From the NCBI GenBank assembly GCA_037447605.1, contig CM074804.1, forward strand, positions 3,263,909-3,327,908: a stretch of DNA of 64,000 nucleotides, read 5' to 3'. Below the pieces are notes generated by a model. It had not been told where the DNA came from. It searched no databases and saw only the letters and a program-made list of their open reading frames with translations. Made by a program: the position numbers and the translations under genes. Below, piece by piece: positions 51,101-59,690 of the stretch. Source of the DNA: Zygnema circumcarinatum SAG 698-1b. Its lineage: Eukaryota > Plantae > Zygnematophyceae. Position 1 is the stretch's first letter; each line of letters begins with the position of its first letter.

Positions 51101-54100
51101 CTGGATTAGCAACACATTGTCTACACCTGAACTCTCCTTTTCTATCAATGAGTCAGCCTCTCTTATCCTCCCTTTGACTTGCTCCATGGTCATGGGCAAA
51201 CTGGAAAGATGAGTCCTCAATGACTCCACTGTTCCCTCATATTTGCTTGGCAATCCTACCAGGAATTGGTGAATCTTGCTAGGTAATGGAATCGGCTGCT
51301 TAGCCACTACACACCTCTGCATAAGGCTATCAAATTTCACTATATAATTGGTTAATGTTTCTCCCTTTTCCATCCTGCAAGCACTTATTTCTGCATACAG
51401 GTTTACTGCCAATCCTCCCTCTGCAACCTCATACACTGCTTGAAGACTAGTCCACATCTCAGCAGCAGATCTTAAGTCTAGCAGCATGGTAGAGGGGCCA
51501 TTGCCTACTGTCATGGCGATGTATCCTGCGGCCTTCTTGTTCTTCACTTGCCACAGGTCAAACGCCTTCACGTCCGCCGTCCCCTCAGAGTCGGCCGGAG
51601 AAAGTGGTTCCGGGGTGCTCCCGTCTACGTACTTGAAGAGGCCCTTGCTCTCCAACAGGTACGTCATCCTCCACCTCCAATGTCTGTAATCTGTCCCTTC
51701 GAAAACCGGGACCCTATACCTGGGTTCCTCATCGGAAAACGCTCTGATACCACTGTTGACAATTTGAGCCTGGTCCCTCCCACTACTCTCACTCTCTGAC
51801 ATGCTTGCAATGTCTGAATCAATACAACCCTCAAGTGCACACACTGAAAAGCAAATGATCCAATCAAGCAGACACCGAAAGAGAATAAGTAAGGAGAAAG
51901 CTCCTCGGCCTCAAAACTCCTTAATAAAGAAATGAAGAGAAACAAGCATTTATGTCAAGCCCTCAGGCTTCCACCTATGCTCTGACTAACTCCCCTACTT
52001 CCTGCTGCCCATACAGCCAGGCAACTACACTCGGCAACACGAGCCAAGCTACAGCTGAATTAAGTTGAACTCTCAGGTTGATTAACTCCTAATCAACACC
52101 TACTTAAATACTAAGCGCTGCACTACTCCACGTTCTACTGCACGCCGCCGCGCGCCACCGCGCTCCACCGCACAGCGCACCTCCATGTCGTTGGTGATGC
52201 TCCACGTCTCCAGGAGCTCGCCTCGCACCGCGCTGGAACTCACCCTCAGGGTCGCCATGGCCAGGAGGGAGAAGGTCCGTACAGTTTCCTCCTTCCAAAG
52301 GCGCACCGACCTTCTCGAAGCTTCGCATCCACGCGCGCGCTTCTCCAGCGCCTGTGTTGGTCGTCCGTACATCCATGCGTCTCGTAAGCTCCGGACATTT
52401 CGTACGGTCGTCCACTAAAGCAATAAGCAATACAAAGCTGACACGCAGCCTATCGCTGCGCGCCACGTGTCCAAACTATACTTATCAATTCTAAGTAGAC
52501 TCCTGTGGTGGCGCGGCCTATCGCCGCCCTCCACGTGTCCTACTCAGACTTCTCGTGTTCCCACTAAGAACAGCGCCCTAGCGCCCTGTTCAGACTGTGA
52601 CCAAATCTCCTAAGGACCGCCGACAAAAGGCTAAGGACCGTACAGCGTACAATTCTAGGCTATACCCCTATTGTACCCAGCAGGTTCAAAGTAATTGCTA
52701 TTTTCTCACCGTGTTCCACACCATGAGCTGCTGTGTGAGAGTTATGAACGCTGTGACGGGCTGTCGGCTGACAGCAGCTTTGAGGGCCAAAACATTGGAC
52801 GCAGGAACCTGCTCATATCTCAGCACATACACTATCCGCTGTACGGACGCAGCCTGCTCAGCATCCGCACAAGCTCAAAAAGTACATATCAGCACTCGCG
52901 GAGTCCCCGCCCCCCAAGTGACTTCAGAACAGTCGCCTTCCAAGCTCCGAACCCTTGAGATTGCGCAAACCCTTAAACTCCTGAAGGCCGCGATTAAACC
53001 TTCGACCGTGGCCCACGGGGAGGCTCGCATCAGCACGAGTGCACGCCACGACGAACCACCTCAATAAAGTAAATCATTGAAATCTGACACCTGACGAAGT
53101 CATGTTAAAAGTCAATGGACCCTATTAAGTCAACGAACACGACAGACGCAACCACAAAGGCCGCCACATCTCAGCAAGTCACGTTCGCGTAAAGTCACGT
53201 GTGTGCGCCTACCCACCCGGCAGGCGGCCTCGGTGTTCGGTCCGTACGGTCCGTACGCCGGCGCCGTGGCGAGGCCGCCCGAGGCCGCCGCGAGCCAGTC
53301 GAGGACGCGCGCGGGCCACCCGCCCAGGCACGAACCGACCCCGGAGCAGTCCCGGACCTGCGCCTCCGCGAGCGCGACCGCCGCGGGGGGTGGCCCGCGC
53401 CACACGCCGTACGCGCCCTCCACAGCGGCCACCGCCGCGAACACCGTGCACGACCCTGCGGGATGCCGCGCAGGGGTTTAGGGTTAAAGGTGTGAGGGTG
53501 AAGGGTGTATGGTTGAGAGTTTAGGGATAGGATGTGAGGGTGGAGGGTGTAGAGTTTTGGGTTGAGGGTTTAGGCACCGCATGCGCCCTGGTCCTTGGCG
53601 GGGCCAAAGTACGGGGACCAGTCGACGGCGGGCGGGAGGGCGTCCATCCAGCTCGCGTGCCGTGACAGCACGTTCAAGCGCGTTGTGCCGCCATCGCTGC
53701 CTGCAGGCGGCGCCGCCAGCCCGGACGGGGCTGCACGCACGTGCGTACAGGGGCAAGGTAAGGACAGGGACAAGGACGAGCGCTCAAGGGGCAAGGCCAG
53801 GCGGTGCAAGCAGCATTCCCGCCATACTCACTCAAAGCCACGGGGACACTCACAGGCTAAGTTGTTGACAAGTGCACGGCGAAGTGGCAGCCACAGTTGG
53901 TTGGCGTTGTTGGGAGCATCGTTAGACTTGCAATACCACTGCTTCAAATACTCTCCACTACGGGATCCGGTAGCATCGAGGCACAGGCCGGAGTTTACGT
54001 TTTGCCATTGAACGGAGAAATCCACAGAGCTGCTGTAGATGGGCGTCCATAGCTGGTTGGTACCGCCATGGCATGCTGCAGCCCATCCGCCACCCCATAT

Positions 54101-57100
54101 AGACATCAGACAGAGATTTGAGAATAGCACCAGCGTCTAAGACTAGTCAATAACATTCAGGGAATCCTTAAGAAACGCGTTTGGATGATTCTTCCACTGC
54201 CCACGTGTTATCTTTTTCCTATCTTAAAGTTGTTTCAGGCCAAGTGATCATCTCAAATATCCAGATAGCGTAAACTCTGTATAGAACGAAGAGAGCTAAA
54301 TTATGTCTTGTGTATTGGTTTTAACCAGGGCGAGAGCTCACTGAATATAGTCAAGACTGTTTCAGCATCTTTGCTAGCCCATGGAACATCCAAACACATT
54401 CCTCGCGTTTGCTGAAAAGAGTAGGCGTTCCCGACCTTGTTGAGGAACCACAGGGCTCCGACATTACCATCAAATCCATTAGGATCTGCAATCGCAACAG
54501 AGCTTCTTTGTTCAGAAACAATGATTTATATGCGTCAAAAGCGAGCCAAGGAAATGCATGTCAAAGAAATCGCGTGCATGCTGCATGCTAAGGGGCGGAA
54601 AAAGTTGTCGCCACTTAAAGAGTGATTCGAAAATATTGTGAAAGTTGCATTGGCAGAAACAGATTTTAAGGATATCTCAAAGGATATTCCCACTAAGCTG
54701 TGCGGCAATACGTACAGTCAGAAAACTGAACTCGAGTTCCGACATTAGAATTGTTTCCCTCGGCAGACCACGCGTTCAACGAATTCGAGGGTACAACAAG
54801 GAAGTTCCCTATTGAAGGATCGGTCCAGAGCTTCAGATTTACTGCAAGCAGAGAGACATGGAATTGATGTGTGTGCGTGCATGTGCACAGGAGAGAGTAA
54901 AGTAGAGAGCGGGCGAGGAGAGAGGAAGGGAGAGAGGGAGAAGGAAAGGGGAGAGAAGAAAAAGAGAGCTTGCGCACGAGAAAAAGTGAGGAAAAGAGGA
55001 AGAAGAGAGTGAGCAAGAAAGCAAAGAGAACAAGAAACAAAGAAAAAGCCAAGTGCAGCAGTGTATCAACCGACTCTCATTTGAAACAATCAAAGTCATC
55101 ACAATATACACTTGAGGTGTTGTTGACAAGTGCACGGCGAAGTGGCAGCCACAGCTGGTTGGCGTTGTCGGAAGCATCGCTAGACTTGCAATACCACTGC
55201 TTCAAATACTCTCCACTACGGGATCCGGTAGCGTCGAGGCACAGGCCAGAGTTCACATTCTGCCATTGAACGAAGAAATCCACAGAGCTGCTGAAGATGG
55301 GCGTCCATAGCTGGTTGCTACCGCCATGGCATGCTGCAGCCCATCCGCCACCCCATATAGACATCAGACACAGAGATTTGAGAATAACACCAGCGTCTAA
55401 GACTAGTCAACAACATTCAAGGAATCCTTAAGAAACGCATCTGGATGATTCTTCCACTGCCCACGTGTTATCCTTTCCGTATCTTAAAGCTCTTTCAGGT
55501 CCAAGTGATCAACTCAAATATCTAGATAGCGTAAACTCTGTATAGAACGAAGAGAGCTCAATTATGTCTTGTGTATTGGTTTTAACCAGGGCGAGAGCTC
55601 ACTGAATATAGTCAAGACTGTTTCAGCATCTTTGCTAGCCCATGGAACATCCAAACACATTCCCCGCGTTTGCTGAAAAGAGTAGGCGTTCCCGACCTTG
55701 TTGAGGAACCACAGGGCTCCGACGTTACCATCAAATCCATTAGGATCTGCAATCGCAACAGAGCTTCTTTGTTCAGAAACAATGATTTATATGCGTCAAA
55801 AGCGAGCCAAGGAAATGTATGTCGAAGAAATTGCGTGCATGCTGCATGCTAAGGGGCGGAAAAAGTTGTCGCCACTTAAAGAGTGAAACGAAAATATTGT
55901 GAAAGTTGCATTGGCAGAAACAGGTTTAAGGATATCTCAAGGGATATTCCTACTAAGTTGTGCGGCAATACGTACAGTCAAAAAACTGAACTCGAGTTCC
56001 GTCATTAGAATTGTTTCCCTCGGCAGACCACGCGTTCAACGAATTCGAGGGTACAACGAGGAAGTTCCCTATTGAAGGATCGGTCCAGAGCTTCAGATTT
56101 ACTGCAAGCAGAGAGACATGGAATTGATGTGTGTGCGTGCATGTGCACAGGAGAGAGTAAAGTAGAAAGCGGGCGAGGAGAGAGGAAGGGAGAGAGGGAA
56201 AAGGAAGGGGGAGAGGAAAAAACGAGAGTTTGCGCACGGGAGAAAGTGAGGAAAGGAGAAAAGAAGAGAGTGAGCAAAAAAGCAAAGAGAACGAGAAACA
56301 AAGCAAAAGTCAAGTGCATCAGTGTGTCAACTGACTCTCATTTGAAACAACCAAAGTCCGTGCAATGTGCTCTTGAGGTGTGTATGTACTCAGGCCACAA
56401 AGAGTACCTGCTGAAGGCGACTGAGGTGGTGGAGGCGACGGAGGAGGTGGAGAGGGTAGATCTGGACCATAAACGCACATCGCAACTTGTCACGAAAAAA
56501 AATCAAAAGAATCGTCAACTTCCATTGCGCAAAAGTGTAATTCATGTGTGCGGATAGCCTCCTTTTAACCGAACACCGAACGACATTCAATTTGTCATTT
56601 TGGAGTACATATCCTTATTTTGTAAACGCTTTTATGCGAAGGCCCATCTGTCCTTTCGTCCTGCGAGCACTGCTCTCAGCTCACTTCACACACGTGCAGC
56701 CTTCGTGGTTATTGTAAAGCAGAGGGGTAAGTTTACAAAACTTGCGATGGCACAGCCGTCGACCAAAGCAGGACAGGACAAAACAGCATTTGGAGGTGGG
56801 CGGTTGGTTGGTTGGCCCTCCGCTCACTCACTGCATCGTCCGTACGCGGTCTGGCATCCTGTCAAGCAGTACTCGTCCGTGTAACCGCACCAGTTGCTCG
56901 AAGAGCAGCACGAAGTGTCGGGACATCGCCGCTGCGCCGCGGACCCGCAACTGCCTGAAAGAAAATGAGCGACACAGCAACATGCAAACACAACAGGCAA
57001 GCAAAAGAAAAACAAACAAACAAACACGCTGGTGAAATACATATAAAAAATAAACTAGAATAGATAAAATATCAAGCGGCAAGTACATAAACAAAAGTTG

Positions 57101-57759
57101 AACAAAGAAATTGAAAGATAGAAATGCGCATGATACCTTATAGCGCTTAAGAGATCAAGCATAGCACTTGACAAGAATGAAATGTGAGAAAAAAGATGCT
57201 ATTACCAGATGGTAGACATCGACATACTTAGTTTGGAAACACAAAAGACAAGGAGCAAGGACTTAGCAAAATGAAAAATGAGAAGCAATACTTTATATGG
57301 ACGATAAAGATGTAAAACAACAAACGAAAACAAGAAAAACTCGTAACAGAAAGATGAAAACAAACCTAAATGCAAAAGAGCTAAGCACAAAACAAACAAA
57401 AGGAAACAGGAAACAACGGAAAAGCAATCAATGCAGTATTTGTGGAAGCAATGCGACATCAAGTTTCGCCTTTAGGGGCAGTCAATCGCTGACCATCAGT
57501 CGATATCGGAAGCATGCTCCGGCGAGTTTCATTTGTCGGACCCACTTCAAGGGAAGCTCCTTCTCCTGTTCACAGTCCATTTTGAAAAGTGAGAGGTAAG
57601 AATCAGAGTAGGGAAGAAATAAACAAGACATAGGAGACAATAGGAGAACCCTCCCTCCCTCCCTCTCTCCCTCCCTCCCTCCCTTCCCCCCACACCTGCA
57701 GCTCCCCGCCATGACGCTACAAGGAGCGCCCAAAAGACAAGCGCCACCATTCGCGTCAT
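42190..57759 (-). CDS. Modular secreted protein: signal peptide - hevein (CBM18) - SPPPP linker - 2x ricin-B lectin - papain C1A protease - 2x EGF - 3 LysM plus a broken 4th LysM
   Basis: Exons on the minus strand: 57759-57696 signal; 56954-56832 [39 protein letters not shown]; 56461-56408 [11 protein letters not shown]. Ricin A: 56101-55976, 55746-55603, 55333-~55120. Ricin B: 54841-54716, 54485-54342, 54075-53854 (CLD...NQLW repeats). Papain: 53730-53578, 53455-53217 (QGACG|SC), 52853-52710, 44943-44730 ([19 protein letters not shown]). EGF: 44390-44247, 44047-43907. LysM: 43690-43563, 43390-43301, 43080-42946, 42816-42631, 42279-42190. All joins are GT-AG and in frame; the ricin A donor is cryptic. 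Confidence 0.8.
45198..46126 (-). repeat. LTR 1 (3' LTR of the array)
   Basis: TGTTG...CAACA ends. The PPT agagggggaa lies immediately before it on the minus strand (46127-46136). Confidence 0.95.
46275..48389 (-). CDS. Copia Gag plus degenerate protease and truncated integrase (copy 1)
   Basis: Gag helical region, two CX2CX4HX4C knuckles ([28 protein letters not shown]), VDAGVSKH, and integrase-like [22 protein letters not shown] and [13 protein letters not shown]. No RT or RNase H motifs. Confidence 0.9.
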   Translation of the reverse strand: MTYLLESKGLFKYVDGSTPEPPSPADSEGTADVKAFDLWQVKNKKAAGYIAMTVGNGPSTMLLDLRSAAEMWTSLQAVYEVAEGGLAVNLYAEISACRMEKGETLTNYIVKFDSLMQRCVVAKQPIPLPSKIHQFLVGLPSKYEGTVESLRTHLSSLPMTMEQVKGRIREADSLIEKESSGVDNVLLIQAKKKGRNDRRPTPTCFTCGKLGHVSTDCYQNKGRPESSDEPSSEDEITKRSIFRGTCFKCGKKGHRAAVCRGGTTEMNLMMGLGARGDFEKDEFVGGVRDVEVELPCLVDAGVSKHRCSDKTFGAEQRKMVAARCANAKTGEGVYDSRGGRVKLKIREGKMKRTIIMGDVLHTQGLQRAFVAEVEFCTDCLAGKAHSQLSSHGSEEEGRAKERLEMVHTDMCSPNSLANLEGLQFFITFLNDCSREIRVRMLESKAETFAAFEKWQEVVELESGQKVKTFRLDSEGNYISYVARVWGLKCYVSVMKHEFAERSRGFKLQEKTTEKGDKDFEENFEPWPNFEITIGADGGDSAILGGEPAYFKSMVEMSRLEATVDQADLVPCDVRKEEESAPLDVKVESDSEGASPVTPCLTSGPLIGFEPAAPGTASLGEAGPSAVPCTSLAVQEEGETGTATGMEAPLNKDATRVVPFFGITGGRERNNDGWTMRMTNESADFASIAALMMGSVAEHQTLLVV
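48463..48474 (-). promoter_or_regulatory. Primer-binding site complementary to initiator tRNA-Met (second copy at 51741-51752)
   Basis: TGGTATCAGAGC on the minus strand, 1 nt inside the LTR boundary. Confidence 0.93.
48476..49404 (-). repeat. LTR 2 (shared middle LTR)
   Basis: Flanked by a PBS on one side and a PPT on the other. One terminus is mutated (cccagga). Confidence 0.95.
49553..51802 (-). CDS. Copia Gag plus degenerate protease and truncated integrase (copy 2, intact N-terminus starting inside the LTR)
   Basis: Near-identical to copy 1, with the added N-terminus [46 protein letters not shown] (F.G..Y..W..RM Gag motif). Confidence 0.9.
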   Translation of the reverse strand: MSESESSGRDQAQIVNSGIRAFSDEEPRYRVPVFEGTDYRHWRWRMTYLLESKGLFKYVDGSTPEPLSPADSEGTADVKAFDLWQVKNKKAAGYIAMTVGNGPSTMLLDLRSAAEMWTSLQAVYEVAEGGLAVNLYAEISACRMEKGETLTNYIVKFDSLMQRCVVAKQPIPLPSKIHQFLVGLPSKYEGTVESLRTHLSSLPMTMEQVKGRIREADSLIEKESSGVDNVLLIQAKKKGRNDRRPTPTCFTCGKLGHVSTDCYQNKGRPESSDEPSSEDEITKRSIFRGTCFKCGKKGHRAAVCRGGTTEMNLMMGLGARGDFEKDEFVGGVRDVEVELPCLVDAGVSKHRCSDKTFGAEQRKMVAARCANAKTGEGVYDSRGGRVKLKIREGKMKRTIIMGDVLHTQGLQRAFVAEVEFCTDCLAGKAHSQLSSHGSEEEGRAKERLEMVHTDMCSPNSLANLEGLQFFITFLNDCSREIRVRMLESKAETFAAFEKWQEVVELESGQKVKTFRLDSEGNYISYVARVWGLKCYVSVMKHEFAERSRGFKLQEKTTEKGDKDFEENFEPWPNFEITIGADGGDSAILGGEPAYFKSMVEMSRLEATVDQADLVPCDVRKEEESAPLDVKVESDSEGASPVTPCLTSGPLIGFEPAAPGTASLGEAGPSAVPCTSLAVQEEGETGTATGMEAPLNKDATRVVPFFGITGGRERNNDGWTMRMTNESADFASIAALMMGSVAEHQTLLVV
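51754..52682 (-). repeat. LTR 3 (5' LTR of the array)
   Basis: TGTTG...CAGCA ends. It is followed on the minus strand by the PBS. Confidence 0.95.
53475..53575 (+). repeat. Degenerate telomere-like heptamer run filling a papain intron
   Basis: gggtttagggttaaaggtgtgagggtgaagggtgtatggttgagagtttagggatag...gggttgagggtttagg, with roughly 7-bp periodicity. Confidence 0.7.
53861..56380. repeat. Direct tandem duplication of about 1.26 kb (53861-55119 / 55119-56380) carrying one three-exon ricin-B domain per copy
   Basis: Both exons and introns align closely between the two copies. Confidence 0.95.
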
Positions 57760-57769
57760 CCGTGACGTG

Positions 57770-58035
57770 ACACCTCCTCCTCCTCCCTCGTCTTTCTCTT
57801 CCTCCTGCTCCTCCCTCCTCCCTCCTCTCTCCTACCTCCTGCCTCCTCCCTCCTCCCTCTTCTCTCCTCCCCCCTCCTCCCGCCTTCCTCCCTCCTCCCT
57901 CTTCTCTCCTCCCCCCTCCTCCCGCCTTCCTCCCTCCTTCCTCCTCCCTCCTCCCTCCTCCCTCCCTACTCCCTCCTCCCTCCTCCCTCCTCCCTCCTTC
58001 CCTCCCTCCCTCCCTCCCTCCCGCCCTCTCTTCCT
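57770..58035. repeat. Polypyrimidine (CCT/CCCT) low-complexity tract upstream of the modular protease gene
   Basis: Directly visible. A similar purine tract (GGA-rich) lies at about 30600-30830. Confidence 0.85.
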
Positions 58036-58477
58036 CCGGAAGCCGAAAGGCCTCTTGGCGTCTGCGCAGGCGACACTGCGGGCGGGCTCCGTGGACGTTT
58101 GCGGGACACGTGGCGAATGCACATTGGATGTGCTACAAAAAGATTTTCATTGACCGTAGGTCGCGCAAGTCATCAGTAGGTCCCCGGCTGCATCAGGTCA
58201 ACGGCTGACGGCCACCGACCAGCCACGACCGACACGGAGCCAGTTTGGCCGCCTCTCCAGTTTTACGCATGGCAGCCGGCGATTGGCTCGTCTCCAACAA
58301 TTGTTTTTCGTCAACATGGGAGAAGCATGAACTGCGAACATGGCCCGTTCATTGCTTTGTCGATCCATTGCAATCGGACGGCTGGCGTGCGTCGTCGATA
58401 TTACGACATTGTGCGACGATGTCTTCATAGTGCGACTTTCATGCGACTTCTGACAGGCGACATTATCGCACTATGGG

Positions 58478-59690
58478 GATTTTGCCGAAACCACCTTTTT
58501 GTACGGTAACTTTGTGTTAGCCGTACTTTTCGTACTGTCCGTACTAGATGTACTAGCCGTTACGGGCTTACGCAAAACTCACCTAATCTCCCCGCACATG
58601 CCGCCGTAAGAGGCGCTCGCCCTTCTCCCCTTCTTCTTGGTTTCGATACGATACGATACGAGACTCCCCAATACGATACGAAACGCCCCGATACGGTACT
58701 ATCCGTACTAGCCGTACTAGGTCTACTAGCCGTTACGGGCTTACGCAAAAGTTCACCTAATCTCCCCGCTCGTGCCGCCGTAAGAGGCGCTCGCTCTTCT
58801 CCCCTTCATCTTGGCTTCAGTACGATACGATACGGAACGGTACGATACGGCGCGATACGAAACGCCCCGATACGGTACTATTCGTACTAACCGTACGAGC
58901 TGTAGTACTGTAGGACCCCATCATATTTTCCACCTACATTTGGCAAAAATCGGGCGAAAATATTGTTTCTGGCAAATATAAGGTCCGTGTTACCAATAGG
59001 CGAGCGGAATTATGTTAGAGTTCATGTATGTTCGTACGTATCGTATCGTATCATATACTGGCATATCGTACCGCATCGCACCGTATCGGTTATATGGCTA
59101 ATAAGAATATTACGGATAGTACCGTACCGGAGCGTTTCGTATCCGTATCGTATCGTGGCAACTGACATTATGGTGGCTTACGACTGTACTACAGCTCGTA
59201 CGGCTAGTACGGATATTACCGTATCGGGCAGGTTCGTACCGTATCGTATCGTATCGAAGCCAAGATGAAGGGGAGAAGAGTGAGCGCCTCTGACGGCGGC
59301 ACGTGCGGGGAGATTAGGTGAGTTTTGCGTACAGTACTGTAAGCCCGTGACGGGCAGTACAGCTAGTACGGCTAGTACGGCTAGTACGAATTATACGGGT
59401 TGTACGGCTAACACGAAGTTACCGTACAAAAAAGTGGTTTCGGCAAAATTGGTGCGAATTTATTGGTGACGCAAATGTTGAGGTGGAAAATATGATGGGG
59501 TCCTACTGTAGCCGATACAGTACGATACGGTACGCTATGGTACGGTACGATACGTACGGTCCAACATGAACTCTAACATAATACCGCCCGTCTATTGGTA
59601 ACACGAACCTTCTATTTGCAAAATCAAGATTTTCGCCTCATATTGGCCAAAACCAGGGTGGAAAATATGAGGACCCCTGTACCTACTGTA
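58478..59690 (+). mobile_element. MITE of the same family as 40477-40994, with an internal ~175-bp tandem duplication, interrupted by a second copy
   Basis: The left part matches 40500-40620. The right part, 59510-59690, matches 40825-40994. A unit at 58551-58725 is repeated at 58725-58900. Confidence 0.7.
58906..59510 (-). mobile_element. Intact MITE nested in inverted orientation; ~30-bp TIRs with TA ends
   Basis: TACTGTAGGACCCCATCATATTTTCCACCT ... AGGTGGAAAATATGATGGGGTCCTACTGTA, with one mismatch. Confidence 0.85.

Larger units (their letters stand above)
45198..52682 (-). mobile_element. Tandem Ty1/copia-type LTR retrotransposon (LTR-int-LTR-int-LTR), non-autonomous
   Basis: Three 929-bp LTRs at 45198-46126, 48476-49404 and 51754-52682, with a 3278-bp period. 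LTR1 has TGTTG...CAACA ends. A single TSD, GGTTC, lies at 45193-45197 and 52683-52687. PBS and PPT are on the minus strand. Confidence 0.96.

Noticed and set aside
45544-52466. Small ORFs of 77-126 aa repeated two or three times
   Set aside because: They recur only because they lie in the LTRs or antisense to gag. There is no independent evidence of coding.
55672-55696. Apparent 24-nt GT-AG micro-intron in the ricin exon (also near 54411-54435)
   Set aside because: It reads through in frame as VGNAYSFQ, which fits the beta-trefoil, and it is too short to be a likely intron.
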